From Octopus vulgaris (lineage: Eukaryota), in assembly GCA_951406725.2 (NCBI GenBank), contig OX597815.1, positions 180,792,001-180,856,000 of the forward strand: DNA of 64,000 nt, written 5' to 3'. Positions 12,373 to 26,540 of the stretch are shown here, piece after piece. Position numbers and translations under genes: made by a program. The notes below the pieces were generated by a model. That model saw only the letters and a program-made list of their open reading frames with translations. It had not been told where the DNA came from and did not search any database. Position 1 is the stretch's first letter; each line of letters begins with the position of its first letter.

Positions 12373-12890
12373 AAGGTAGCGAGATGGCAGAAACGTTTGC
12401 GCGCCGGGCAAAATGCTTAGCGGTATTTCGTCTGTCGTTATTCAGGGACCTTCTGAGCGAGATGAGCTACTCGACATGAAAATTCTAACTGGGCCCCACC
12501 TGCAAGATCATGCACTGTTTATCTTGATATGAGATCGGCATGTCGCACACATATGGTTGTGATACATGTGCCTAGTGTACCCTTATCAGACGGGTAGTCA
12601 TGATGGGTATACTGAACTTCATATATTTTACCCCAGAGTCACTTAGATGGAATGCACTGCTCTCTCACTCAATAATAATAATAATAATAATAATATGTGG
12701 GTGGCTTTGAGCTTATGTTTGGCCTCCAATATAGCTCGTCTGAGTTCAAATTCCGCCGAGGTCGACTTTGCCTTTCATCCTTTCGGGGTCGATAAATAAA
12801 GTACCAGTTACGCACTTAATCGACTTAATCTCAGTGTCTCTCCATGTTTGTCTCCTCTATGTTAAGCCCCTCGTGGGCAGTAAAGAAATA
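12373..12890 (+). mobile_element. Family A SINE interrupted by a copy of 14396-14722
   Basis: TSD tatagcaggttccat on both sides; insert 12438-12734 splits the head. Confidence 0.88.
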
Positions 12891-13189
12891 TATAGCAGGT
12901 TCCATTCTATTACAGACATTCAGACAAGGCTTCCGGTTTCTTTCTGACTTTCCTTGCATCAGGTTCTGACTCCTTGAAAATCTTATGTACCTCGACCTTC
13001 CTTCAACTAAACAGTGAAAAGTGTATGATTCTGAGTTTGATTGTTGGCTGCTATCATTTTATCTACGTAAACAAAAGCTTTATAGGAAAACAGGAAATTA
13101 CCATTCCTAATTTCTGCCCTCAAATATATATGGAGAATCTTGGCTGGTCAAAGGAAACCACTATACTGCTATGAGTATATTTTACAGCG

Positions 13190-13360
13190 CTGGCGCTCCG
13201 TCGGTTACGACGACGAGCATCACAGTTGATCCAGGCAACGGAACATCCTTCTCATGAAATTAACGTGCAAGTGGCTGAGTATTCCACAGACAGGCGAACT
13301 CTTAACTTAGTTTTCAGACAGATTCAGCGTGACACAGAGTGTGACAAGGCTGACCCTTTG
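13190..13360 (-). mobile_element. Family C SINE 3' portion
   Basis: ctccgtcggttacgacgacgag...gaaattaacgtgcaagtggctgag matches 1670-1830. Confidence 0.8.
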
Positions 13361-13374
13361 AAGAAGAAAAAAAA

Positions 13375-13985
13375 CCCAAACAACTACGACGATTTGAAGT
13401 GGGACAATGAGGAGAGTAGACGTGATACCAAGAGTAATTGGTGTACTTGGAAATATCAGCACTCAACTACCAACATGGGTGAAAAAGATTGGTGCAAGTG
13501 TGAATGTAGAACACTCACAAAAATCAGCGTTGTTTGGAACTGTAAGAACTCTTTGCAAGTGTCACCTAAGTCTGCTGGCTGCGGAAAGCTAACACTTTCC
13601 ATCATACCCAGCAAAATAGGCTGTGAGTTTTCATATAATGATGATAATAATAATGATAATAATGATAATAATAATAACTAAAATACAAAGACCTGGAAAT
13701 GGAGGTAACCAGAATGTGGAATCTAAAAACAGAAACAATTCCTATCATAGTAGGTGCATTAGGCATGATAAAAAAATATTCAGACAAATACATAACAAAA
13801 ACACCAGGACTTACAAACACATATAACATACAGAATATTGCACTACTAGGCACTGCACACATCCTACGCAGAACACTTTCCATACAATAACCATCAGAGC
13901 ATCACAACAAATCACAGCACATACCCAAGGCACACAGAGCTGCGCTCGGTAGTGAAGTGAAAGCACGCTAAAAAAAATAAAACTA

Positions 13986-13990
<5 letters not shown>
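13375..13990 (+). mobile_element. Two 3' fragments of RLE-type (R4/Dong-like) non-LTR retrotransposons in (TAA)n
   Basis: KYKDLEMEVTRMWNLKTETIPIIVGALG...IALLGTAHILRRTL (13678-13890) and a diverged VIPRVIGVLG...QKSALFGTVRTL (13407-13592); each followed by (TAA)n. Confidence 0.85.
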
Positions 13991-14056
<66 letters not shown>

Positions 14057-14061
14057 TAATA

Positions 14062-14628
14062 AGTACTGCCTGGTACTGCCCTGATGCAGTACTAAGCAGT
14101 GGCTGTCATGGCTTCTGATCTTAACTGATTAAAAGTGTCATCATGTGCATTGTTTCGTTTTGGTATAAAAGATGGGCTACAGCAAATATTCTGCTCAATA
14201 CCACAGATTTGCTTGTCAGTTGTTTGACCTTAACCAGTTGACCATGTCCCTTAGTGGCTGACGATATGTGCATCACTGATCACGAGGAGAAGTAGTGGGG
14301 GAGCATCATAGCCATGTGTTGAGAGGGATTCTTTGGGGTCTGAACAATTCACCCCTGGAAACATGGATCGTTCTTTCAACACCCTTAAACAACCCTTATT
14401 CAGGGACCTTCTGAGCGAGATGAGCTACTCGACATGAAAATTCTAACTGCACCCCACCTGCAAGATCATGCACTGTTTATCTTGATATGAGATCAGCATG
14501 TCGCACACATATGGTTGTGATACATGTGCCTAGTGTACCCTTATCAGACGGGTAGTCATGATGGGTATACTGAACTTCATATATTTTACCCCAGAGTCAC
14601 TTAGATGGAATGCACTGCTCTCTCACTC

Positions 14629-14630
<2 letters not shown>
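14062..14630 (+). repeat. Non-coding element bracketed by (AAT)n, probably a retroelement 3' UTR
   Basis: Flanked on both sides by (AAT)n; ends gcactgctctctcactc(aat)n. Confidence 0.6.
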
Positions 14631-14683
<53 letters not shown>

Positions 14684-14939
14684 TGTGGGTGGCTTTGAGC
14701 TTATGTTTGTCCTCCAATATAGTTTGACTACTGGAGTTCGTTTGTTTACGTTGCCGTGACTTAGCGGTTCTGCAAAAGTAACTGATAGAATAAGTACCAA
14801 GCTTAAAAAGAAATTACTGGAGGTCGATCTGTTTGACTAAACCTTTTCAGGCGGTGTCCCAGCATGGCAGCAGTCTAAGGGCTGAAACAAGCAAAAAGAT
14901 ATGTATACATACAGCATAAATAGGAGTAAAGAGGAAGGA

Positions 14940-15874
<935 letters not shown>

Positions 15875-15910
15875 GGCTTAGTAAAATAAATTACTTTGCC
15901 GCATACTGAA

Positions 15911-16533
15911 CTCATTAGAAATAGCAGCTAAAAAAACTTTTTTAAAACTATTTCCAATACTTAAAGAAAATCTCTCTCGTATAGTGTTTGCTCAATTCAA
16001 CTCACGAAAGTATGAGGGTAGAAACATTAAAAAATCAAATGCAAAGGTTATTTGAGAACGTACGTTTCAAGATTAGTCAAAAACGATATTTCTATCATCA
16101 GCTCAATTGTTGAAATTATAATTCATCTCTCTCTATTTAATGCCTCGGATTTTACCGAAAAAAAGCATGTTGTTTGCTGATTTTAACCCACGCTGGTGGA
16201 AGGGGGAGAGCAGAAATTCTTCGATTGCATGTTCGAATTTGCTGGCACTGTTAGTTTCGAGTAGATCTTCGGAGGCGATGGGAAGCCGAAAAGGTATGCT
16301 CCTACTTTCAGTGTTTTCAAATCCAAACCAGGGAGTTCTGAGCTGATGATAGAAATGTCGTTTTTGACTAATCTTGAAACGTACGTTCTCAAATAACCTT
16401 TGCATTTGATTTTTTAATGTTTCTACCCTCATACTTTCGTGAGTTGAATTGAGCAAACACTATACGAGAGAGATTTTCTTTAAGTATTGGAAATAGTTTT
16501 AAAAAAGTTTTTTTAGCTGCTATTTCTAATGAG
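15911..16533. mobile_element. 195-bp inverted duplication (15911-16105 / 16339-16533), each arm with a hammerhead; Penelope-type inverted pLTR
   Basis: Arms nearly identical; plus arm tgag-CTGATGA-tagaaatgtc...gactaatctt-GAAAC-gtac-GTT-ctca (16339-16391). Confidence 0.85.
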
Positions 16534-16829
16534 AGGGAGAGAGAGAGAGTAGGTGAGTAACAAATGTTCCTAGTTATTTTCAATGAGCAGAAATATGAGC
16601 GCTTACTTTCTCAGAGTCTAATTGTGTCTGGGTTCGTGCATAGATATATATATGTTTTAATGCACTGAACATAGGTTGGCTTTTGACATCATAATTTCAT
16701 CAGCTTAATTCAGAAATGCTGAACCTCGTCACTTTTACCCTTCTCCCTCTCTAAGCATGTATATATCGCTCTACGAGTATCATGTATGTTCACACACACT
16801 TGTCTTAATATATGAAGTCTATGCACGAC

Positions 16830-17272
16830 AGCGTGTTGGCAGAATCGTTAGCACGCCGGGCAGAATGCTTGGCGGCGTTTCGTCCGTCTTTACATTCTGA
16901 GTTCAAATTCCGCTGAGGTTGACTTTACCTTTCATCGTTTCGTGGTTGATAAAATAAGTACCACTGGGGTCGATGTAATCGACTTACTCCCTCAGAAATT
17001 GCTGGACTTGAGAGTCAAATTTGAAACCAGTATAGAAATGTCATCGGTAAGGTGGCGAACCAGCAGAATCATCAGCGACCCGGACAAAACGCTTCACGTC
17101 ATTTCGTCCGTCTTTACGTTCTGAGTTTAAATTCCGCCGAGATCGATTTCGCCTTGCATCCTTTCGTCGTCGATAAAATAACTACCAGTTGAACACTGGG
17201 ATCGATATAATTGACATACCCTATAACTCCGCCCCCGAAATTGCCGGCCCTGTGCCAAAATATGAAACCAGT
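16830..17272 (+). mobile_element. Two tandem family A SINEs
   Basis: Two heads (ggcagaatcgttagcacgcc; agcagaatcatcagcgacc) each with Nin-like core. Confidence 0.85.
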
Positions 17273-17276
17273 ATGT

Positions 17277-17494
17277 AACCCCTACCATCCCCTAGCAGAC
17301 ACCAGGATCGCGAGATTGACTCGCGACAGCCAAGGTCCATTCCAGCTAGCAATATTTGTAAACAAAGCGACCATCAGTCACTGATTTGCTACAAGCGAAA
17401 TAGCTACTAGGTACTCGCTACTGAGGATGAACCAACCAGCTCGAAACTAAGTCCGCCACGCAATCCTGTTGTCTGCTAGAGGATGGTAGGGGTT
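17277..17494 (+). ncRNA. Hairpin element (36-bp arms) enclosing a hammerhead-like core
   Basis: Arms aacccctaccatcc.ctagcagaca.caggat.gcg with 3 mismatches; core CTGAGGA-T-GAAC-caacca-GCTC-GAAAC-taa-GTC at 17421-17453; stem I not pairing. Confidence 0.55.
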
Positions 17495-17956
17495 CACTCC
17501 CCCTGCTAGCAATACGTATTGTATATAAAGAGTGCAGCGTCGCACCGATAACCAGCTGCGGGAAGATCCGCCTGGGATTAAACTAGTAGTAACATGGATA
17601 GCCACTTTGATGTGGCGATTGACTTTACTTATGTGTGTATGTGTGTGTGTGTATGTGTGTGTGTTTGTCCCCCCACCACTGCTTGACTAACAGTCAAGCT
17701 AGCGGTTCGGTAAAGGAAAAGGCACCGGGCTCCACACACACACACACAAAAGTTACTGGGGTTAATACGTTCGGCTAAAATTCTTCAAGGCGGTGCTACA
17801 GCATGGCCGCATGAAACAAGTAAAGAAATGGGACACCAATGTCTTCGCAAACAGCTTTTATTGTTTTTATATTTCTGACCAACCTTAAAGGTTGTTTTTC
17901 CACTTAGAAAATGCCTTAAGTGATTTTGTTTTCTTCTGTAATATTTTACTATTAAT

Positions 17957-18595
17957 AAGGCGGCGAGCTGGCAGAAACGTTAGCACGCCGGGCGAAATGC
18001 GTAGCCGTATTTCGCCTGCCATTACGTTCTAAGTTCAAATTCTGCCGAGGTCGACTTTACCTTTCATCCTTTCGGGGTCGATTAAATAAGTACCAGTTAC
18101 GCACTGGAGTCGATATAATCGACTTAATCCGTTTGTCTGTCCTCGTTTGTCCTCTCTGTGTTTAGCCCCTTGTGGGTAGTAAAGACATAGGTGTTTCGTC
18201 TGTCTTCACGTTCAAATTCCGCCGAGGTCGACTTTGCTTTTCATCCTTTCGAGGTCGATAAATTAAGTACCAACCATTTGCGTACTGGGGTCGATTTGAT
18301 CGACTGTCGCCCACCCCCAAAATCTCGGGCCTTGTGCTTAGAGTAGAAAAGAATATTTTAAAGAAGGTGGCGAGCTGGCAGAAACGTTAGCATGCCGGGC
18401 GAAATACTTATCGTATTTCGTCTGTCTTTACGTTCTGAGTTCAAATTCCGCCGAGATCGACTTTGCCTTTCATTCTTTCGAGGTTGATAAATTAAGTACC
18501 AACCAGTTGCGTACTGAGGTCGATCTAATCGACTGTCCTCCACCACACACACACACACCAGAAAAAATCTCGGGCCTTGTGCCTAGAGTAGAAGT
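17957..18595 (+). mobile_element. Family A SINE cluster (full + headless body + full)
   Basis: Heads at 17957 and 18364; body restart at 18191. Confidence 0.9.
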
Positions 18596-19147
18596 ATATT
18601 CATAATATAATATTTTCACTGAAAACATCTCTTCGTCTTGTTTGATTTCCTGTTTTCCTTTTGTAAAATCTGGCGAATTTGCCTTTTCTTTTGTTATTTT
18701 ATTTATGAACGATATTTTCGCTGTTAATGACTATTCTTAACTCATTTCCTGAATTACCAGTATTTCCAACGCTACTAGTATCTTGTCATTACAAAATACT
18801 TTCTGTTGTAGCTAAGCTGTTTTTATTTCCTTTTGTAAATTACTGCAATATATTATTATTAAATAGATTTTTTTCCCTACTGCACTTGATGAAGTTTCTT
18901 TTTACTCAGCTAAAACTGTAGCTACATATTTCAATAAATATTAGATTCTTAAACACACCAAGAATTGTTTATAATATTCCGTGTTTCAAGCGTCGAGATA
19001 CGCCTTACATGTCTGCTGGTTTTATATTTCATGAAATACGGTACATACAATGTTTTGTTGAACTTTCTCACCTTCACACATCCATGTTGTATGTGTGTGT
19101 GTGTGTGTGTAATCAGACAAATATATAATTTAGTCTAGAGAGAACTC

Positions 19148-19187
<40 letters not shown>

Positions 19188-20465
19188 TCCTTCCTTCCCT
19201 CTATCTCCCTGTGTAATCAGATCTCATCCTCAACTGTCGTTATATACATTTTGTTGAAAGTTAAATTATCTAGCCTTGCACTTGTAAACGACTCTAATAC
19301 AACCCTTTGGCCTTATTTTTTTTATTTTTCTCTCTCATGCAACGACGTATCTGTTAAGTGAGTACAATTTGCAACGAGTGGAGAATTCAGCGTTTGTTCA
19401 GCACTAAAAAGATTCTTTTATTTATCTGTTTAAGAAAGCTATATCACCATTACAGAGAGAGAGGGAGAGATAGAGAGAGAGGGGGAGAGAGAGGGAGAGA
19501 TAGAGAGAGAGGGGGAGAGAGAGAGAGAGAGAGCATATAAACAAAATTCGAGTCAACAAAAACGAATGACAGACGAGGTTACTTAACGAGCATCTAATTA
19601 AACATAGCTTTGGATAGGTTTGCAAACATGGACGCATAAACGCAGACATAGCCCCAGCCGTCGTATTTCACTCAGATCAACCATACTCTCGCATAAAAAA
19701 AGTATATATGAGATATGGTAATACAGAACACACAAAAATAATTGATGGTCATGGTTGGGATGTCTTTGATTACGAGTCTGTCTCATAGAATAAGGTCTAG
19801 GGCTGAACGTCAACAATAACAAATAGCAACAGCGGTTATGACAATGGATCATAAACCTGGCTTTTAGCTCTGGATTTAGCAATGATAAGTAGAAACAAAA
19901 TGAACTTTTCATGTTCCAATATTCCTAGAAAATCTCAACCCTCTTTGCCAGGTGAACTAAAAAGTGTAAAATTTGAGTTTCTGTGCAATTTCAACAAAAC
20001 ATCTGCAACACTCATGGCCGGAATATTGATCATCCAATATCTTATCCAGTCCGGCGCCGTTTACCCCTAATTTAAGTGTATTTTTACCTTTAAGACCTAA
20101 ACTTATCATGAAAGTCACGCATTCAAATTATTGGAATCGTTGACATATCTGTTAATATTTTTATTAGTTTATAAAAGATTTAAAATTTCTCCTGGAAAAC
20201 AAAACAAAAATGGCATTAGAATATTTTGCTTCCCGACTTAAAAATTGACGATTTTTTCCATTTAACATGGCTTTGATCCATGATTTTAATCAATGGTCGA
20301 ACTTGGAATTCGTTAGTTTCTTCTCTGCGGTACTGACCAAAAGCACAGTTTTATTTCGCTTGCAGATGAAGACTATTGAATTTCAATTTCTACGGAAGAA
20401 ATTGTCGATCACAGTGTTTAGGAATATTTAGTAAAAGAACACCAATGCAACGTTTCAAAGGCTAA

Positions 20466-20841
20466 TCTCTCTCTATATAAAGCTGAAGTTGTCTGTGTAT
20501 GGCAGGTTTGGTAGCCTTCAACTAACACTATCTCCTCCAAGACCCTGCGGCGCAAGTTGACCAAAATTGAGAGTATGATAGAAGAAGGCTTGCTCTTACA
20601 TCCGCAGAAGAAAAAATTCAAATCGGACCATGTTAACACCATGTAATTATTTACATCAAAAAGGTGCTTTTTTTCTATGAAAATCCCTATGTTTTACGAC
20701 TTTTTGACTGCTGTGTCGCCATTTTTCAGTGTATTTCAACCAAAAAGAGAATAAGCTACATAATGCAAAATTTTTACTTTTCAAAAATTCCAATTCTAAA
20801 GGGTCGAAACAAACCCGAGCAACGCCAGGCGATACTGCTAG
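20466..20841 (+). mobile_element. Non-autonomous Helitron
   Basis: A|TC start (tctctctctatataaa), 3' hairpin cccgagcaacgcc.gg then CTAG|T, no TSD. Confidence 0.85.
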
Positions 20842-21910
20842 TAGTGTATACAAGAATATGTTGTGAAAAAATGTCCCGAAGTTACGTTTAATCTCCAGTC
20901 ATTCCAACTCATTAATGATCCAGGTGATTTCCATGGTATTGCGTTCTTTTGAAAATCACAAATGGATTGCGATTAGCGGAAATTCAAACCATTTTAAAGA
21001 TATCTCCTTTAACTCACTGTGTCTCTGCGCTTAATATTAACATTAGAAATGGTATTATTCTATGTTTGAACTTCAAACCAATTGATCCTTGTCCTTTGCT
21101 ATAATCACCTCATCATTGGGATCAGGTTTATAGCGCTTATTACATGATACGTATTGCCAGAAATATGATTTTATGATAAACCAAAATGTCGTTGAAGTTA
21201 AATGTCACCGATATCCTAAATAAATGTTGGGTTCTGGTGTGTATCAAAACTGAAAATGGAAAACTAGCAAGACTGAGAATTACATGACACTTTTTTTCTG
21301 TAATTTCTCTACCAGCTTATCTTAATTTGTTCTGTTGCTTTATTGATAAATCCGTACTTTATCGTTTGGGAAAGCCGACATCTTTTACTATTTCCCAACA
21401 GAAGTATAATTGTTAAAACTTTACGATAAATTTTACAATGTCATTTATTACAACTAGCTAACGTACAAGCCAACGTGGGTCGTCTATACGATTGCTTGCC
21501 CTGTCAGGAATAGCTGTAAAATCTTTCTCAAATTACAGTCTACTGTAGTCTTAGATATAGTATGTCTGAAAACAAAAACAGGGCAGTCATAGCTAGAATG
21601 CTTTGATAAAAAAAAAACAGAAAGGTCTGCTCGAACAGCGCAGACAAAAGCTTAAGCAACAACAAAAATATCGTCAAAAATTACTCAAATATCCGAATAT
21701 GTTTTTTATGTATTATCAAGTATCTAAAACAAAAATGGAGCTGCAGATCCCGACTTCTACAGTTCAACTCTCACAGACATCAGTATTAAAGCAAATTTCA
21801 ATGCAACCAACCTGTTCTAGTTTTCAAATAGTGAAGAAACTACTAGAGGTAACATAATGCAACACAACTAAGCTCCTTTTATATCCTAAACAATTCACAA
21901 CAATTCCACT

Positions 21911-21987
21911 ACGCCATATGCTTGTTAAGAACGCGGGCTACTAACCCCAAGATTCCGAGTTCGATTCCACGCAGTGACCTGAATAAT

Positions 21988-22052
<65 letters not shown>

Positions 22053-22240
22053 GAAGAAGAACAACAACAACAACATCGAAAACTACCTTAGGAGAAGCCG
22101 GGTTCGAAATTTCCCCAAGACACGATGAAGGTTGGAGGGTATATCAGCCGAAGCGTTGTGTTAACAACAAACAAAATGAGGACAAATATCTGTCAAATGT
22201 AAATAATGTACATAATTCCTCATTTCTTAAATACAGAACT
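21911..22240 (+). mobile_element. tRNA-headed SINE-like element with (AAC/AAT)n linker and decayed hammerhead
   Basis: B-box gagttcgattcc; acac-[CT lost]GATGA-A-GGTTG...CAGCC-GAAG-C-GTT-gtgt at 22120-22161; second copy 28250-28683. Confidence 0.8.
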
Positions 22241-22469
22241 GAATTCACACCAATGCTTACATACGAGGTAACTCATCGAGCCAGCTACAACAACTCTCTC
22301 CCTAGACATCACTTTCCGTAAAGCACATCTAGCTACTCCAAGCATAATACAAAATAATCTCCCAAACCTCTTCTAACAACCTACGATTTATTACACTTCA
22401 ATGACGGAAGAAAATACACATTTACAAGTTTCCAAATGTCTCAATAGAATAAACGCTCAGAATTCAACA

Positions 22470-22818
22470 TAGGCGAGTTCAAATTCTGAGTTAAAATTCC
22501 GCCGCGGTCGACTTTGCCTTTCATCCTTTCAGGGACGATAAATTAAGTACCAGTTGCGTTCTGGGGTCGGTTTAATCGAAATGCTCCCCCGCCCCAAAAA
22601 GAAATTTCAGGCTTTGTGCCTAGAGTAGAAAAGGATATTTACCAGGGTTGAGGCGGCAAGTTGGCAGAAACATTAGCACGCCAGCCAGAAATGCTTAGAG
22701 TAATTTCTTTCGGGGTCGATAAAATAAGTATTAGTCGAACACTAATGCTTGGGTCGATGTAATTGATTTACCCCTCCCCTGACATTGCTAACCTTCTGCC
22801 AAAATTATGAAACTAATA
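22470..22818 (+). mobile_element. Two partial family A SINEs
   Basis: Nin-like cores at 22507 and 22705. Confidence 0.8.
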
Positions 22819-24338
22819 TGTACCTACACGACCTTGTTACATCTCCACTAAATACAGACTCTGGTTTAAATCTAGTCACTCTGTTCGTCAGTATTGACTA
22901 GATACCTACATCCTTATGCGCAGGTCTGGACAAGATTTTATTCGGGAAGAACTGAAAGCTGCCCATGCATACAAGTCCGCTCCCTCCACACCACCGGTAT
23001 TTATCCAAGCAAAATGCCGGGATCTTTTCTTTTCGGCTGGCAATTTTCAATCTCTGCAATTTCAACTAGAATTGATTTCATATTTGGTGTAACGATATGG
23101 TTTTATAAGGTAATCACTGCTTTGAAATTCATTTTCGCGATAAATCCATAAATAAAGAGTTATTAACTTTTAAAGTTAGATTTGGGGTAAATTTAGCCAA
23201 CCGTAAGCCACAGGCATATTCGTTGTTTCCATAGTAACAAATCAAACATGGGAACTCTTTTGTCTGCGACTGCGAGGAATATATTCTACGCACGCATGTT
23301 GACGAATGTATTTCAATAAACTTTGAATTTTCGAAAATCGGCAATGTGAAAAGATCTAAGATTACAGTTAAATGTTCGCGATGGAGGGAGACAAATACAG
23401 AGTTTGCTTCCGTCAGCGATATATATATATATATATATATATATACGAGCAAAACGCAATGGGGGTGCTGAGTTGGTACCTCAGGCAAGTGTCTTCTACT
23501 ATAGCCCCGTGTCGACCAAAGCCTTGTGAGTGGATTTTGTAGACGGAAACTGCAAGAAGTATATATTTGTGTGTGTGTGCGCGCGTGCGTGCGTATGTGT
23601 GTGTGTCATTGTGTCCGCGTTTGTCCCCCTTCCGATGTTAGTGTGTTTGCGTCCCCGAAACCTCTATAACTTCTTTAAAAAACAATCTGGAAAAAGTGAA
23701 ACATCTCCCGAGATTCAGCTTGGAAAACTACATTAATATACCAAATTTTAAAATTTTCAATGAATTTTGAAAATTGTTTGAAAATTGGCAGCCAAACGGA
23801 AAAGATCCAAATGCATTTGACTTCGAGACGATACAGCTTTCTCCACTGCCGTTGCAAGCTGTGCTCAGCATATCCATCTTAAAAGCTGGGCACACTGGGC
23901 TGTTACTTAGGGGCTTCGTAGGTGTAGGCCAATTCTGATCTATGTATGTTGTGGCTTGCTATCAAGAAATAAAGCTATGTGGCCCAGGGCATTAATCTTC
24001 CCGGGGGCCAATAGTGCTCCGAAGTCGACTCTGGTTGCAAGGGTCGCTATTAGAATGCAGGGAAACAGAGCGGGTAATGCAAAGCATCTTGTCCGACCCC
24101 TCCAAACAATTCCGCCAGCACACCATCTTGGATAAGTATTTTTATCGACCCCATAATGAGGAAAAGTAACGTGACAGAAGCAGGGTTTGAACGCCGAGTC
24201 AGACAGTCTACACAATATCTGGCAACTAAGTGAACAGAGATAATGCTTTTATTGTTATTCTTTAGCCTCTGGTCAGCCTTCACTGTCTAAGTAAACCTAT
24301 GACCAGACTACCTTTCTAAGATATCTAAGACTATATTA

Positions 24339-24529
24339 CAGTGCTTTTTAACTGCGGCTCTCAGGGCTCCGCATGCCGCAAGCATCCTTCCGGCGACCCC
24401 CGACAGTCTACCCTGTATAAACATGATAAATTTTTCTTTGACTTGTGTTTTACTGTTTTTGGTGCGGCCCACTAAAAGAAATCTCGGTTTTGGATCTGGT
24501 CCGGATATTAAAAAGATTGAGAACTGCTG
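24339..24529. mobile_element. Old hAT-type MITE
   Basis: Imperfect TIRs CAGTGCTTTTTAAC / ATTGAGAACTGCTG; no clear TSD. Confidence 0.5.
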
Positions 24530-24747
24530 TTCTTATTATCCAATGTGTTCTTTTACTTAAAGATGGTTTTAAGAGTGATTCGATGCTATTTTTAGAAGTT
24601 GATGTGACACAGAGACTCCTGCGTTTGCTCGACTGGGGTAATGTCGAGTGAAAACGTTCTACCCGGAAACGCTACCAGCAAATTCCATTTTATGAACCAT
24701 GAGTAAGGTAGTCCAATACCATCCTTTATCCTCTCGGCAACTACTGC

Positions 24748-24778
<31 letters not shown>

Positions 24779-25196
24779 TTATGCCTCTGACACACACACT
24801 CACACATTCGTGCACACACACACACATATACAGACATACACACACACACATTCAAAAGGCCCTAAACTATTTTGAAACAACCGCAACAGCAGCAAAATCC
24901 AGCAGTCAGGGTTGATTGTCAACATGTTAGATGCTATTGTTGACCTAGCAGTGACATTAAAACAAGGATAGTTTAAGATTTGAATTCCAGTGAGTTATTT
25001 CATGCAGTGGTAGTGGTAGCAGCAGCAGCAGCAGCAGTAGTAGTAATAGTAGTAGTAGTAGTAGGAAACAGAACGAAAATGAAATGTAGGAAGGAAGGAG
25101 TTGTCAAGAATCTAATAAAAAAGGAAATAAAAATTAACAAAAAATAATTATTCGGGGTCAGTCAGGGCCAACATCATCAATAGCAAAGGGTACAGG

Positions 25197-25251
<55 letters not shown>

Positions 25252-25571
25252 TAATAATAATAATAATAATAGGGAACAGCAAAATATCCTCTTTTCATGT
25301 GTTTCTCTGTCTTCTTTTCCTCTCTGCCTATCACAATCTCTTCCAGTTCATATCACATGAGAACTGGAGAGACTGACGCTCACGTGTGAATTGGACGGCG
25401 GACGATTTTTTGATGAACAAACTTATACGTTTATCTTTGCACCCACATAAAAAAATGTTTAATGAAATCCTAACCGGTTCACACACATATACATATACAT
25501 ATATATATATATATATAAACTTAGATATGCTTCGACCAAAGATTGGTCCAGGCCATGTCTAACTTAATAGC

Positions 25572-25649
<78 letters not shown>

Positions 25650-26107
25650 TATATATATACACACATATATATATATATACACATATATATATACATACAC
25701 GCACATAGTGAGACGCAAGTGCAATAAAAATGTAAAAGTTGAACGGATTTCCGTCGGTTTCGACGACGAGCATCCAGTCGTTCGATCAACTTAATTTCCA
25801 AACTCATTGAATTAGTCTCTGAATATTCCATGGATTACTGTGTACCATTAGAATCAGGGTGATACAGAATGTTTCAAGGCCTTGGAATTACAGGTGCAGG
25901 CTATCCGACTGGATTCTGCAGAGTTCTGTCTACCCAGTTTCACTCAAAACGCTTGGGTCGACATAAACTGGTACTCGGTCGGTTACGACGACGAGTGTTC
26001 CAGTTGATCAGTTCAACGGAACAGCCTTCTCGTGAAATTACTGTGCCAAGTTTTGTTGCTCTACTGCTATGGGAAGAGGATCAGGGGCATTACTTATTGA
26101 ACGCCCC

Positions 26108-26270
26108 TCGTATATCGACCCCAGTGATTTACTGGTACTTATCTAATCGACTCCGAAAGGATGAAAGGCAAAGTCGACCTCGGCGGAATTTGAACCCAGA
26201 ACGTAGCGGCAGACGAAATATCGCTAAGCATTTCGCCCGGCGTGCTAACGTTTCTGCCAGCTCATCCGCC
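26108..26270 (-). mobile_element. Family A SINE
   Basis: Reverse-complement head and Nin-like core. Confidence 0.85.
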
Positions 26271-26445
26271 ATCACTCATGTAATAGAGGCCATCGTGCAA
26301 ATTTCAAGGAATCTGCTAGGTTTCTTAGACTCTTCATGTAAATATTTCCAACTCAGTTCAAGACTTCATCACCATAATAGTATAAAAGCAGCTGTTTTGG
26401 TGGTTATACCGCCATTTCCATTATGATTTCCTATCAAATTCGTAC

Positions 26446-26540
26446 ACGTTCAGCAAATTCTTCTGGTCCTTCACGGAATTTACAGTCGCATCCTGCCATG
26501 CCAATTTTATTGAATTTACGGTCCTCTCGGCGATGACAAT
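26446..26540 (-). CDS. Candidate internal exon
   Basis: Acceptor ttgtttatttatgtAG, donor GTACGA; two open frames (IVIAERTVNSIKLAWQDATVNSVKDQKNLLN or CHRREDRKFNKIGMAGCDCKFREGPEEFAER); unique non-repeat sequence. Confidence 0.3.

Noticed and set aside
25869-26426. 185-aa ORF as a gene
   Set aside because: Runs through fragments of several SINEs; composite.
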